Shown here piece after piece: positions 27,940-38,201 of a stretch of 64,000 nucleotides of DNA; position 1 is the stretch's first letter, and each line of letters opens with the position of its first letter. The DNA is from a virus (Duplodnaviria; Caudoviricetes), in the IMG/VR virus record IMGVR_UViG_3300022548_000175, positions 4,111 through 68,110 of that record. One strand, written 5' to 3'. The position numbers were made by a program, and so were the translations under genes. A model generated the notes under the pieces. The model was given only the letters and a program-made list of their open reading frames with translations, searched no databases and was not told the DNA's origin.

Positions 27940-28169
27940 CACAAATAACTTTTAAAGGGTTTAAGCAGGTGATTAAGGAGGCGCCGAAAAAAGCCTCTCA
28001 AACGCCGTTTCTTGGAAGAATGGCTATGCTTCCAAGAGATCCAGTAAAAAGCATGCGGCAGCAAATTATAAAACAGATACAATATAAGCCTGTTCATACA
28101 TTAAAACAACCTAAAAAAATAAAAGGTTCAGCCATAGTAAAAGAGTGGCGAGGAGGCGCAATCTCATGA
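27936..28169 (+). CDS. Hypothetical basic protein
   Basis: ATGA overlap with terL stop; MTQITFKGFKQVIKEAP. Confidence 0.5.
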   Translation: MTQITFKGFKQVIKEAPKKASQTPFLGRMAMLPRDPVKSMRQQIIKQIQYKPVHTLKQPKKIKGSAIVKEWRGGAIS

Positions 28170-28459
28170 TAAAAGAAGCTCCGTTTAAATCAGAAGCTCA
28201 AAGAAGATGGATGTTCGCTAATCATCCTGAAATTGCCAAGAGATGGGCGAAACACACGCCAAAGGGGAAACATCTTCCTGAGTATGTTAAAAAAGCGATG
28301 CTTGAATCATTTATAAAAATCGCTAAAAAATTGAAAAAACTTCCTCCTGTGCCTATGGCTATTCTTGAGCAACAGGAAGCGCAAATGATTATGGATGAAA
28401 AAAGAAAAGGGTTAAGTCCGGCAGCCGCTAGGGCTGGAAAGACGGTTCGATTGTATTGA
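28166..28459 (+). CDS. Hypothetical phage protein (PFKSEAQRRWM motif)
   Basis: AGGAGG RBS; its stop codon coincides with the IS right end. Confidence 0.6.
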   Translation: MIKEAPFKSEAQRRWMFANHPEIAKRWAKHTPKGKHLPEYVKKAMLESFIKIAKKLKKLPPVPMAILEQQEAQMIMDEKRKGLSPAAARAGKTVRLY

Positions 28460-28460
28460 A

Positions 28461-28651
28461 CTACCCCTGCCTAAAGGCAGCGGCTTCCTGCTTCATTGTC
28501 AATAACTTATGATTGTTACCAATCAAAGAGGTCATCAACTCCACAGGCTTGACTTCCCTACGTTCCGTAGGTAGTTTTTTACTTTCTAACATTATATTCA
28601 TGGCTGAATTTACATCCCTGTCCATTTTGCTTCCGCAAAATGGACAGTCGT
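28461..28651 (-). pseudogene. tnpB: 3' fragment of a second TnpB
   Basis: HDCPFCGSKMDRDVNSAMNI..EAAAFRQG. Confidence 0.85.
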
Positions 28652-29351
28652 GAACCACCCTTGCCTAAAGTCAAGGGCTTCTAAGGACGAGCTAACTGGA
28701 GTTAGGTTGGAGTCCTTAAGGCTCGTACCGAGCCTGAGTATATTTAGTGCGGCATTCAAATCTCTATCTAAGGAGCAATTACAATGAGGGCAGTTGTGGA
28801 TTCTAACAGACAGGTTTTTAGGAACTTCTTTACCACACTGACTACAAAGTTGAGAGGTATTCTTGGGGTTGACTTTGATTACTTCTCTCCCAGCTTCTTC
28901 CGCTTTGAAGCGAAGTATCTCAAAGAACTGAAACCAAGCCACGTCTCTCATGCTCCTATTAAGATTAGTATACGTTTTCCAATAAGTTCCCACCCTGCTT
29001 GTTTAAGAGTGAAGGAATCGTACCTACTTTTTCCCTTGAACCTAGGAAATCCAGGAGTCTGTCCTTTTTTGATTCTGCTAAAGAAATTTTTGTATGCCTT
29101 ATCCAAACGTTCCACTACGTCTTGAAGTGTCTGAGATGGGACTTTTGTGAATTCTGGAAAAGCTTCCTTGAGTTCTGGAAGTTGTTTTTTTTGGTCATAG
29201 CCCGAAACAGACCTCCCAAGACTTTTCCAGGAGTCTTTACGCTGTTCCAGACAAAGATTATATACTTGACGACAAAGCTCAAGGACTTCAAGCGTCTCTT
29301 GGTTTCAGTTTCTTTGTTCGTGTAGGCACTGTACTTGAAACTCTTTTTCAT
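28610..29351 (-). pseudogene. tnpB: TnpB pseudogene (frameshift plus internal deletion)
   Basis: MKKSFKY start; frameshift into LCRQVYNLCL..SQTLQDVVERLDKAYKNFF..PGFPRFK; deletion junction near 28975 to NRSMRDVAWFQF..TSQLCSQCG..CPHC..DRDLNAALNI. Confidence 0.9.
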
Positions 29352-29444
29352 TTTGAATCTCAAGTTAGTTATTACTTCTTTAGACAACCTAATTATACTA
29401 AAATTCCGAAGAAAAGGCACCTATTTTTCGTATTCATCCCCTCC

Positions 29445-29849
29445 CTAAAGTAAGGGGTTTTCTGCTAGTTTAGGATAAATACCTTTTTCAAATTTATACG
29501 CATTTATGTTAATTTCAAAATTTTGATTTGCGCGTTTAATTTCATCAATACCGTCATGCGCTAAAGACGCAAATTCTAATATTTCTTTTACTGTTTTCTC
29601 AAAAAGATTGTCATACCATTCTTCGGACTGTTGATATTCACCAAGAGACGTTAGCCGGAATTCGTTAATAAGATTTTTTTTAATTGTTACAATGGCTTCA
29701 AATGGAATTCGATTTTTTCCATGTTTTGAAATTACAAACTCAAACATTTTTGAGACAAATGATTTAAAAATATCTTCAAGAAGCTGTTTTTTATCCAATT
29801 TAGGGTCGGCGTTTAAAATCGATTTTTTTAAGTCTTCTTGAAAATTCAT
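29445..29849 (-). CDS. Hypothetical protein whose C-terminus is supplied by the IS left end
   Basis: Terminal PKLAENPLL* is encoded in the IS left-end sequence. Confidence 0.6.
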   Translation of the reverse strand: MNFQEDLKKSILNADPKLDKKQLLEDIFKSFVSKMFEFVISKHGKNRIPFEAIVTIKKNLINEFRLTSLGEYQQSEEWYDNLFEKTVKEILEFASLAHDGIDEIKRANQNFEININAYKFEKGIYPKLAENPLL

Positions 29850-29967
29850 TAGAATTCCTTTCTTTTATTATTTTATATTAATATAATAAAAATTATGACG
29901 CCGTATGACGAAAATATTTATAAAAATAACGATTGAAAGTTAAAATATATTATATTACAATATACAT

Positions 29968-30192
29968 ATGAAGAATATATCAAAAAATTTCCTTGCCTTC
30001 ATAAATAAAAACCCCAATTTTGGACGACAAACATCCAAAAGCTTGCTAAGATTTGTGCCAAAAATTACGTCAACTGCAAAAACAAGGGCGATTAATGTCG
30101 CAAAAGAAATTGGAAATAACACAGCGTGGGCGGCAGGTGTTTTAGCGGGCGGTTCATTATTATATCCATTTTTTACTCAAAGGGAATTTTAA
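29968..30192 (+). CDS. Hypothetical small protein with C-terminal hydrophobic segment
   Basis: AWAAGVLAGGSLLYPFF. Confidence 0.5.
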   Translation: MKNISKNFLAFINKNPNFGRQTSKSLLRFVPKITSTAKTRAINVAKEIGNNTAWAAGVLAGGSLLYPFFTQREF

Positions 30193-31037
30193 TGTCAAAC
30201 GATATTATTCAAAAAATTAAAAATATAGCTCATGAAGTCGCGGAAAAATATCTTCTTTTCGGCGACAACATGAATGATACTATTACCGAAAAATACAATA
30301 ATAATGAAATTGATAATAAAGAAATGCTAAAAAGAATATGTGAGCACGCCAATCAAAACGTTTATCTTGCAAAATTTCAAAATCAATCGGGGCGAAAAAA
30401 TATTTCTTTTGAATTAGCGGATTTTGATACAATCAAAAAGAACATAGAAGAAAGCGAGAAATCTATGAAACTTTATGAAACTCCCCCTGACGATTTTAGA
30501 TCATCGCTTGAAATTGTCGCCGATATCCTTCCTAAAACTGAAGAGGGTGAGGGGGAAGGGGAAGAAAAAACAGCCGGCATTGATAAAATGGCGATGTATA
30601 CTCTTCATGAATACAAACAAGTATTTGTTAAACTTGCAAGCGCAATAGAAAATCTAAAAATATCTTCAATGCAGGAAATCGAATCTAATTTTGATCTTAT
30701 CAGCCGCAACACAAAAAGGATGGTCGCTAATGGCGAATCTCTTGGCGATATTTCCAAAATCGCTTGTCGATGCATCCAAGAAGACGGAATTAATCCTACT
30801 CCAGTTATGAAAACATACGCAATTATTGAAAAGGAACTTGTGAATAACGGATTTAATGTGCGAACTGATTTTACAAAAATATCATCATTAAAAATTAATC
30901 ATTCGTCTGAAGCGTTAAAGCCGGTCAAATCATTATCATTAGCTTTTGAGAAAGTCTCCGCTTTTAATGAAATGCTGGTTAATATCAATAATGTAATTAA
31001 AATGTTTGATGATTTTATTAAAGAGCGTAGAAAATGA
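30192..31037 (+). CDS. Putative virion protein (start MSNDII)
   Basis: TAATG overlap; EEKTAG/DKMA motifs. Confidence 0.7.
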   Translation: MSNDIIQKIKNIAHEVAEKYLLFGDNMNDTITEKYNNNEIDNKEMLKRICEHANQNVYLAKFQNQSGRKNISFELADFDTIKKNIEESEKSMKLYETPPDDFRSSLEIVADILPKTEEGEGEGEEKTAGIDKMAMYTLHEYKQVFVKLASAIENLKISSMQEIESNFDLISRNTKRMVANGESLGDISKIACRCIQEDGINPTPVMKTYAIIEKELVNNGFNVRTDFTKISSLKINHSSEALKPVKSLSLAFEKVSAFNEMLVNINNVIKMFDDFIKERRK

Positions 31038-31804
31038 TAATTGATGAAATTAAATATAATATTTTATCCAAATTTGTTAATAATAAACCCGAGCCTGTTA
31101 CTAACGCTAGAAGGGTTAGGGACGCTGCGCTTATGGCGGCAGGCACGGCTTTTGCAGAAATATTAACGCGTTATGGGATCAAAAAGCTTCCCCCAAAAAC
31201 ATATTCTAGATTAATAGCGCCATTTATAAAAGAAAAAAAACCAAGTCAATTTAGATTATTTAATCCAGAAACATTTATTCCAAATGTCGTAAGCGGCGCT
31301 ATACTCGGAGCTTTTGATCAAGACGTAAAAAACGCCATTATCAAATCAAAATTTAATAAAAAATTAAAAGAAAACGCTATTAAAGCTTTAAAAAAAGAAA
31401 GAGAAATATCTTTTGGGATTTATCCATATAAATACAAATTTGAAAAAACATCGGGGCTTGAGGATATCACAATAAAAGGAATAAAAGGCATTGGACATCT
31501 TGGGAAAGTTATAGGATACGGCCTTGTCCCAATGGGCAAAGGGAAATTGGGCGTAATTGGAATGAAAATTGTGGGGCGCAAAAATCAGTTCCCTTTATCA
31601 CATAAAATATTTGGGCTTGGCGTAAAAAGCGGAATCGCAACTGGAGCATATTTAGGCGGAAAAGAATTATATAAACTAATAAATGAAAAAAAATATCAAA
31701 ATTATACGACATTATTAAGAAATAACATTCTTACTGGACGCATACAACCTGACGAATTAAACGAGGAAGAGATCGAGGCGGTAAAAGAATTGGGACTAAA
31801 ATGA
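31034..31804 (+). CDS. Putative virion protein
   Basis: FEKTSG; Gly-rich hydrophobic segments. Confidence 0.6.
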   Translation: MIIDEIKYNILSKFVNNKPEPVTNARRVRDAALMAAGTAFAEILTRYGIKKLPPKTYSRLIAPFIKEKKPSQFRLFNPETFIPNVVSGAILGAFDQDVKNAIIKSKFNKKLKENAIKALKKEREISFGIYPYKYKFEKTSGLEDITIKGIKGIGHLGKVIGYGLVPMGKGKLGVIGMKIVGRKNQFPLSHKIFGLGVKSGIATGAYLGGKELYKLINEKKYQNYTTLLRNNILTGRIQPDELNEEEIEAVKELGLK

Positions 31805-32043
31805 GCGGTAATTGGAAAAAATATTTTTTTAAAGAAATGGAAAAAAGGGCTTGGAAAATATTTAGCCCTGGAAATATTTTTTGGGGTGCTACGACTATTG
31901 GAGGAACGGCGATGGATGTGGCGGCTAATAAAGCTCAGGTAAAATCAGTTTTAAGCCCCAAAAAACTTGAAAATGATTATGGATATATGTTTGATAAATC
32001 AACCGTTAATTTAAGAAATCAAAACCGATCACTTTTCAGATAA
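31801..32043 (+). CDS. Putative virion protein
   Basis: FFKEMEKRAW. Confidence 0.55.
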   Translation: MSGNWKKYFFKEMEKRAWKIFSPGNIFWGATTIGGTAMDVAANKAQVKSVLSPKKLENDYGYMFDKSTVNLRNQNRSLFR

Positions 32044-32057
32044 GGAATCCACAATTT

Positions 32058-32642
32058 ATGAACTCAAAAATTGAAAAAGCGGCGGCCAGCCTTTTAAAAA
32101 AAGGCAAAATCACACAAGAGGAATTTAATCTTCTTAAAAAAGCGCGGATTGGCCGTAACCTGCCTTTGCCGAGGCTCAAGGCAGGGCTTGAATTTAGAAA
32201 ATCCGTTCCAATCATAAGCGAGGCGATCCCAAAACAAGTTCTCCCATGGCTTCAAGGCGGAGCGTATGGTCTTTTTGGGGCAGCCCTTCTTAAACAACTT
32301 TTGAACCCGGTTTCTGAAAAAATAAAAGCTCATCAATCATATAACCAATTAATCAAAAAAAATCCTATTCTTGCCGAAAAAGATCCTCAAGAGATTAAAG
32401 ATTATTTTAATGTAATTCAAACTTTTTCACCGAAGGCCGCGTCAAATCCCCTTGTCGCTGGAGCATTGATAAATAAAATGATGGAATTTGGCGGTGTTGA
32501 TCATAAACTGGTTCAGGATCTTGCCTCAATTCAGTCCGGTCTTAAATCAACAGACGCAATGAGTCATTTGACCGGAGCCGCTGCGCGATCATTGATGACA
32601 ACAGGCGTAATGGAAACCGGCGGCAACATTGGCTTTGGATAA
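32058..32642 (+). CDS. Putative virion protein
   Basis: KIEKAAA; FSPKAASNPLVAGALI. Confidence 0.65.
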   Translation: MNSKIEKAAASLLKKGKITQEEFNLLKKARIGRNLPLPRLKAGLEFRKSVPIISEAIPKQVLPWLQGGAYGLFGAALLKQLLNPVSEKIKAHQSYNQLIKKNPILAEKDPQEIKDYFNVIQTFSPKAASNPLVAGALINKMMEFGGVDHKLVQDLASIQSGLKSTDAMSHLTGAAARSLMTTGVMETGGNIGFG

Positions 32643-32711
32643 TATCAAAAGAAAGCGAAGCGTACAATTACGTTAATCATAATAAGACAAACGATTTATT
32701 GAACAAATTTT

Positions 32712-33035
32712 ATGAAAATCAATTATATTGAATTTGAAAAAACGGCCGGTCCAACGGGAAAAGCCTTACTTACTCTTGCCAAAGCGACCGGCAGGCTTAT
32801 TAAAAGACATCCTTTGGCTATTCTTACAGGTCTTGGGGGGCTTGGCGTTTTAAATATTGCGCTGAATCTTGGCAATAAATTAAGAGGAGCGCATCAAATT
32901 TTTAATGAAACCGGTAAACGCCAAGTCATGAATTATCAAACCGAACTTTTAAAACAAATTAATGAAAATATAAAACAAAAAAATTTAAGTCAGACGCAAA
33001 AACAAAATATTCCTATTACTCCACCGCTGAGATAA
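32712..33035 (+). CDS. Putative virion protein
   Basis: EFEKTAG; TM-like segment. Confidence 0.55.
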   Translation: MKINYIEFEKTAGPTGKALLTLAKATGRLIKRHPLAILTGLGGLGVLNIALNLGNKLRGAHQIFNETGKRQVMNYQTELLKQINENIKQKNLSQTQKQNIPITPPLR

Positions 33036-33039
33036 ATAT

Positions 33040-34917
33040 ATGATTAAATATGTTGAATTTGACTCAATTGATGAAACCGGAAAACATATTATTCCGGCCA
33101 ATTCTATTTATGATTTAAATAAAACAGCGTCAGACACATATTCCCCGGAAATCATGAAAGTTATTTCAAGCATTCAGAGAGACCCAAAGAGATATTATGT
33201 CGTTGTTAACGCTCTTGGATCATATGAAATATGGGGCGCAAATAGAAATGGCGATGCTTTTCCGGAAGACGCTCTTAAACATGTGTCTTTGCGCACTGAC
33301 ATGGGAACTCCAAATGATTACGGATACAAAACATTTGAATATTACGCAAAATGGTTTCGTAATCATGTTAATAAAGAAAACAGTCCATCTTTTGGCGAAG
33401 TTATTTTTTCTCATTGGAACCCGACCCTTCATAGAGTAGAATTAATAGTGGCTATTGACACGGAAAAAGACGGCGAAACTATACAAGCGATTGAAAATGG
33501 AGATCTTGTCAGTGTAAGCATGGGATGCAGAGTCCCGGAAGATTTTTGTAGTATTTGCGGTAATAAGGCAAAAAGCAGAAAAGAATATTGTTTACACGCC
33601 AGAGACCATCTTGGAGAAATCGTGACCGAGGAACTCGCCAGAAAATGGTCTGCACAACTCGGTAAAACAATTATTCCTGGTATGCAAGTTTTTGTATGGA
33701 ATAGAAAACCAAAATTTTTTGATATATCAAAAGTTTATGTGGGGGCCGACAGAACCTCCTATATTCTTGGCAAAGCCGCGGCAAAAAAAACAAAAGCTCG
33801 TTCTAGCCTTGATATTGCAGAATCGTATGGAATTACTGATTCTATGATTGATAAAGCCGCCGCTGTTAAAAAGATAGGAGATATTGACAAAGAAGTCGGG
33901 GCGCTCGGGCCGTCGGATATAGACGGATCGGTTCGGCCGATAAATCCATTAGAAATACTTCCTAAAGCAATTAATGAAAAAATAAACAAAAGCATTGATG
34001 AAGAGCCGGTATTGCCAAGAGAATTTCTTGATGGGATAGCAAAAACAAGACCTCTTGGCTCAATATTTTCTACGATGCTTGGTCTTGGCATTTTTCCAAA
34101 ACCGGTTGAAGTTCAAAGAATCGTTTTAGTGCATATCGGCCATAAACCTCTTGCGGATCAGCTTGAAGAAAATGATAAAATATTTGATTACAATGACGAT
34201 TCCGAATCTATAGATATTCCTGATAATTTTGACGATTCTCTTTCAAGAATATTTATTCCTTTTTTGGCTGAGAGAAGCGGATGCCCATATTTTCTACTCC
34301 CTAGAATTGAATATCTTGATAAACAATCGTCAATGACAAAGCAAGCGTTTTATTCAAGCACGATGGGAAAAGATTATTGGGTTGATCCAAACCCAAAAAT
34401 AGGTTTACAGCAAAACTACGTCATTGCACCGTCACCAGGGTTATTTGCAGGAATAGCCGCTTTATATACAGGGTTAAAAGCCAAGGCCCTTGGAATTGAC
34501 TCAGCTCAAATGGCAAATATTTTTGTAAATAAGCCATGGCTTGCCGCTCTAATAGGGGGAGGAATCATATATACTTTATATAAAACATTAGCCCCAAAAC
34601 AAAATCAAAATGACGCATTAAAACCCGCGACTGACTTCTATGATATTTTGCAAAACACCAATTTAAGCGGGCATCTCAAGAGGGGGTCGGTTGAAAAAAC
34701 AGTAACAAATTTGGGTAGAGGAATGATAGCGGCGGGAATAGCTTTTCCATCGGCTTATTTTATTAACGCCGCAAATCAAAAATCGTTTTCAACAAAAGGA
34801 ATTCCATTATTTCCAATACCAAATTTAAATCCAACAACAACGGCTATCTCGACGGGTATTATAACGGCTTTATCGCCTAAATTAATGGATATAATAAAAA
34901 AATCATTGAAAAAATAA
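33040..34917 (+). CDS. Prohead (maturation) protease with long C-terminal extension
   Basis: NRNGDAF, HVNK, VSMGCRVPEDFCSICG, ISKVYVGAD motifs; located upstream of scaffold and capsid genes. Confidence 0.75.
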   Translation: MIKYVEFDSIDETGKHIIPANSIYDLNKTASDTYSPEIMKVISSIQRDPKRYYVVVNALGSYEIWGANRNGDAFPEDALKHVSLRTDMGTPNDYGYKTFEYYAKWFRNHVNKENSPSFGEVIFSHWNPTLHRVELIVAIDTEKDGETIQAIENGDLVSVSMGCRVPEDFCSICGNKAKSRKEYCLHARDHLGEIVTEELARKWSAQLGKTIIPGMQVFVWNRKPKFFDISKVYVGADRTSYILGKAAAKKTKARSSLDIAESYGITDSMIDKAAAVKKIGDIDKEVGALGPSDIDGSVRPINPLEILPKAINEKINKSIDEEPVLPREFLDGIAKTRPLGSIFSTMLGLGIFPKPVEVQRIVLVHIGHKPLADQLEENDKIFDYNDDSESIDIPDNFDDSLSRIFIPFLAERSGCPYFLLPRIEYLDKQSSMTKQAFYSSTMGKDYWVDPNPKIGLQQNYVIAPSPGLFAGIAALYTGLKAKALGIDSAQMANIFVNKPWLAALIGGGIIYTLYKTLAPKQNQNDALKPATDFYDILQNTNLSGHLKRGSVEKTVTNLGRGMIAAGIAFPSAYFINAANQKSFSTKGIPLFPIPNLNPTTTAISTGIITALSPKLMDIIKKSLKK

Positions 34918-35022
34918 TATTTATAAGTTATAATAAAATTGCATTAGCAATAGATAAATTGTATATTATTAATAGTTATTAAGTTATTAATTAGATAAAA
35001 CAAAAGTCATTTTTTTTTACTA

Positions 35023-36024
35023 ATGGGGGTTTTTATGGAAACTCGTAAGTCAAGATTTGAAGACCACATGAATACCATTGAGGCGAGCCATTCAAAGTCG
35101 GCCGCGGCGAAAAAGAACGCGCTGTCCGGAAACGATTTGTTGGCAAAACTTGCTCAAGAACTTAACCTAAATGAGCCGGAAAAAACAATTAATGAAGCTA
35201 TAAGTGAAGCTGCGCCGTCCAAAGAAGGGGAGGTTATTCCAGCCGCATCAACCATTGCCGAGGCAAATTCAGACGTTGAAGAGGCAACTGACGCGGTTGC
35301 AATGCCTCAAGTCATGATGGCCGGCGGCGTTCCTGCAGACATGGAAGCCGGAAGTGCCCCAAATCCTGAATCGCTTATAATGCCGGTTATATCCGCTGCC
35401 GATGGAAACATTCAGACGGCTAATGATTTGGGCCGTACTCCCGAGGCTGTGGCGGCTGCTGCAGAACCGACGTCAAAAGGCGTGGTTTCGGCGGAAGAGA
35501 TGGAGGCCGAAAAAATCGGAAGATTGATCGCCAAATCTTTCCAAGAAGCTCTTGAAAAATCGGCGTATGACGCCGAATACATTGACGCTCTTAATCTGTT
35601 GAAAGAAGCCGGCCTGCTTGAAGGATATAACATTAAGGGTGTAGAAATTGAAAAAACAGCTTCTGCGGAAGGTTTTCTTGAAAAAATTGCTAATCGAGAA
35701 AAGCTGACCAAAGATGATATTATTGGCGCCGCCAATGAACTTATTGAGTTTAATAAGCAGGCGGCCATTGCGGAAGAAGAGGGTCGTGAGGCCGCAAATA
35801 ATCTTGTTGATTTTTTGGTAAAAGTCTCTCAGGAATCTGAAGAAGACAAAGAAGGCGAATCTGATGAAGAAGAAATGGAAGAAAGCGCCGAAGAAAAGAA
35901 AAAAGAAAATGAAAAAGAAGAGGCAGGAGAAACCAAAGAGTCTCAACTGAAAATTGCGTCGCTTCTTTCTGATCCAAAGGTTGTCGAGGCAATTAAAACA
36001 CTGAAATCCAACGGTCTCATTTAA
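35023..36024 (+). CDS. Putative capsid scaffolding protein
   Basis: Acidic, Ala/Glu-rich coiled-coil; between protease and capsid; many K-x-[AS] sites. Confidence 0.6.
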   Translation: MGVFMETRKSRFEDHMNTIEASHSKSAAAKKNALSGNDLLAKLAQELNLNEPEKTINEAISEAAPSKEGEVIPAASTIAEANSDVEEATDAVAMPQVMMAGGVPADMEAGSAPNPESLIMPVISAADGNIQTANDLGRTPEAVAAAAEPTSKGVVSAEEMEAEKIGRLIAKSFQEALEKSAYDAEYIDALNLLKEAGLLEGYNIKGVEIEKTASAEGFLEKIANREKLTKDDIIGAANELIEFNKQAAIAEEEGREAANNLVDFLVKVSQESEEDKEGESDEEEMEESAEEKKKENEKEEAGETKESQLKIASLLSDPKVVEAIKTLKSNGLI

Positions 36025-36030
36025 AATAAA

Positions 36031-36528
36031 ATGATTTTAAAAGAAACCAATATTGGTCGTCTTATTCTTGAATCAATTTCGGATAAGACGACCGAAAAAA
36101 AAGCGTCAAAAAAAGTTGACGCTTCTGAAATACGAAAAGTCGCAAAAGGTTTAACAAAAATTGCGGCTATTCCGTATAATGAAGCTGTCTATAAGTCTGT
36201 CCAGGAACTGATGAAAATCGCTGCTGAATATCTTGAGGATTCGGCGCATGAGCTTGAAAATTCTATTGCTAGACAAGCCGAATTAGAAAAAGCCATTGAT
36301 ATAGCTTCGCTTTTAGATGATATGATCAGTTATGGAATAATCGATCCTGAAGAAACTGAGGAAAAAATAGCTGAACTTTCAAAAAAAAGCGATAAAGAAA
36401 TCGAAATTATAAAAACAGCGATGGATATGATCAAGGCTGGAAAAAGAGGAGCAAACCTGTTTGAATTTTCAAAATCCGCGTCAACAATCATTAAAAAGCG
36501 CGGAATGTTTGATGCAATTTTAGACTAA
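36031..36528 (+). CDS. Putative head assembly protein
   Basis: Coiled-coil; K-x-A motifs; head operon. Confidence 0.55.
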   Translation: MILKETNIGRLILESISDKTTEKKASKKVDASEIRKVAKGLTKIAAIPYNEAVYKSVQELMKIAAEYLEDSAHELENSIARQAELEKAIDIASLLDDMISYGIIDPEETEEKIAELSKKSDKEIEIIKTAMDMIKAGKRGANLFEFSKSASTIIKKRGMFDAILD

Positions 36529-36547
36529 TAAAACTAAGGAGAAAATT

Positions 36548-37018
36548 ATGCTTGAAATTCTAACTCATTTTTCAAAGCTAGACCGTGTTTCTCGTTCAGT
36601 TGACCCTTCCAGTTTTGTCGCCTCGCCCGGTATCTGGGCGGCGGTACAACCCGACGGCTCGATCGCCAATTGTGACGCGTCTTCAATTAAAACCATACAT
36701 AAACTAGTTATTGGAAGTAAAAGCTCCAATATCTATGAAGGTCATGATGTAGAGGTTGGCCGAGTCGCAACAATGGAAAGTATTGGGGTGCGCTGCAAGG
36801 TCGACAGTGAAGGATACGCTGGCACAATCGCTCAGGGCGATAATTTGTATGTATCATATCAAACGACAGGGACGAGCGCTATTGGAAAACTTTCTTCAAC
36901 AGCCACACCGGTCGGCGGCGAAACCGGATCTCGTGAGGTAGTGGCCCGTTGTGAAGAAGTTGGAACCAATTATATTGTTTTCAAAACCATTAGCCCGTAT
37001 GTAACAACCCTACAATAA
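36548..37018 (+). CDS. Putative head decoration/cement protein
   Basis: Small beta-rich protein directly upstream of the major capsid gene. Confidence 0.55.
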   Translation: MLEILTHFSKLDRVSRSVDPSSFVASPGIWAAVQPDGSIANCDASSIKTIHKLVIGSKSSNIYEGHDVEVGRVATMESIGVRCKVDSEGYAGTIAQGDNLYVSYQTTGTSAIGKLSSTATPVGGETGSREVVARCEEVGTNYIVFKTISPYVTTLQ

Positions 37019-37028
37019 ATGATAAAAA

Positions 37029-37053
37029 TGGAGGCTGATTATATCAGCCTCCA
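37029..37053. promoter_or_regulatory. 11-bp hairpin upstream of the major capsid gene
   Basis: TGGAGGCTGAT-tat-ATCAGCCTCCA. Confidence 0.55.
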
Positions 37054-37091
37054 CTATATATAATCTAATAAAACATTAAAGGAGAATTTTT

Positions 37092-38117
37092 ATGATTAAC
37101 GATCTAACCGCTTATCAGCATAATCAGGCTTTTCTTGAAAAAATAGCCACTGTTTCAGGTCAGATGGAGCTTCAGGAGGCTGGTCGTCAGTATCTAAAAA
37201 CCGAACTTATGGAAGCGGCTTTTAGTAGAGCTATAATACCGCAGGAGCCTATCACAACCGCGGATTGTCAGCGCAATGTTAATGATAATTCGCTGTATGT
37301 CATTCGTGATATAGAGCCTGACGCGGAAGCTGTCGGTGTAGATAATATCGGCGAGCCTGATGGTAAATATATTAAGGGCGAGCGATATATCATACCGGTT
37401 GTGAATTTTGCGACCAAACGGTTTCAAATCACAATTGAAGATCTTCGCGCTTATCAGTATAAAATTACCAAGCGTATTGAAGATAAGTCTGTTCCGATTC
37501 TTGAAAAACTTGAGGATAAATTTTTCCTACGCCTTGCGGGAGCTGCTCTTTCAGGCGGTACCGCCGGTTCTCAGAAGGGTGTCAAATATACCGGCGCAAC
37601 AAATCTAACGATTGCTGCTACGGATATCATCAAGATTAAGAATACTTTGGCAAGCGGCATTAACGGAAGTGACGCAAAACGTAAGGAAGTTGGATGTCTT
37701 TTGATGTGCCAGGAAGCGTTTGAGACTGCGGTTGTTCTGCCTGGGGCTGGTGATGATTTCGGTAAGGATCGCGTGCTGAACGGGATCACATCAGACACTC
37801 TATATGGTACAAGAGTAATTCGTACTATTAAGAGTGATATGCTCCCCGTTGGGCACATCTGGGCGTTTACAACTCCAGACTTCCTTGGTCATAATTATGG
37901 TCTTGGCGATCCTCGATTTGAAATCCGTTCAAATTTCGGTCTCATTGAATGGCAGTCGACCGAATCTATTGCTATGGGCATCGGAAACCGTCTTTCGGTC
38001 GCCCTTCTTACATTGAAAGGTTCGGTTAATCCTGGCGGATCCACCAACCTTGAAATTTCTACTGATGGAACGATAGACGCTAATATTTCTAACTATTATG
38101 CGTCTTTGAAAGTGTAA
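37092..38117 (+). CDS. Major capsid protein (HK97-like fold inferred)
   Basis: 341 aa; strong RBS AAGGAG; follows protease/scaffold/decoration genes; followed by a strong terminator. Confidence 0.8.
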   Translation: MINDLTAYQHNQAFLEKIATVSGQMELQEAGRQYLKTELMEAAFSRAIIPQEPITTADCQRNVNDNSLYVIRDIEPDAEAVGVDNIGEPDGKYIKGERYIIPVVNFATKRFQITIEDLRAYQYKITKRIEDKSVPILEKLEDKFFLRLAGAALSGGTAGSQKGVKYTGATNLTIAATDIIKIKNTLASGINGSDAKRKEVGCLLMCQEAFETAVVLPGAGDDFGKDRVLNGITSDTLYGTRVIRTIKSDMLPVGHIWAFTTPDFLGHNYGLGDPRFEIRSNFGLIEWQSTESIAMGIGNRLSVALLTLKGSVNPGGSTNLEISTDGTIDANISNYYASLKV

Positions 38118-38141
38118 ACACACTGCGGGTTCCTTATAGAT

Positions 38142-38175
38142 AGGCCCGGTCCCAGTTTGGGCCGGGCCTTTTTTT
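38142..38175 (+). terminator. Intrinsic terminator after the capsid gene
   Basis: AGGCCCGG-loop-CCGGGCCT-TTTTTT. Confidence 0.85.
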
Positions 38176-38201
38176 GTAATGCAATCTGTGAGAGAAAAAA
38201 A

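Larger units (their letters stand above)
28458..29462 (-). mobile_element. Decayed non-autonomous IS200/IS605-family (tnpB-only) element with a second nested right end
   Basis: Left-end hairpin CCCCTTACTTTAGGGAGGGG after TTTAT; two right ends GAAGCCC..TTTAGGCAAGGGTGGTTCAC (28652-28683) and GAAGCCG..TTTAGGCAGGGGTAGTTCA (28458-28488); no tnpA. Confidence 0.85.

Noticed and set aside
28610-29351. Active TnpB/Cas12f system
   Set aside because: The gene has a frameshift and lacks the central RuvC region; there is no CRISPR array and no tnpA.
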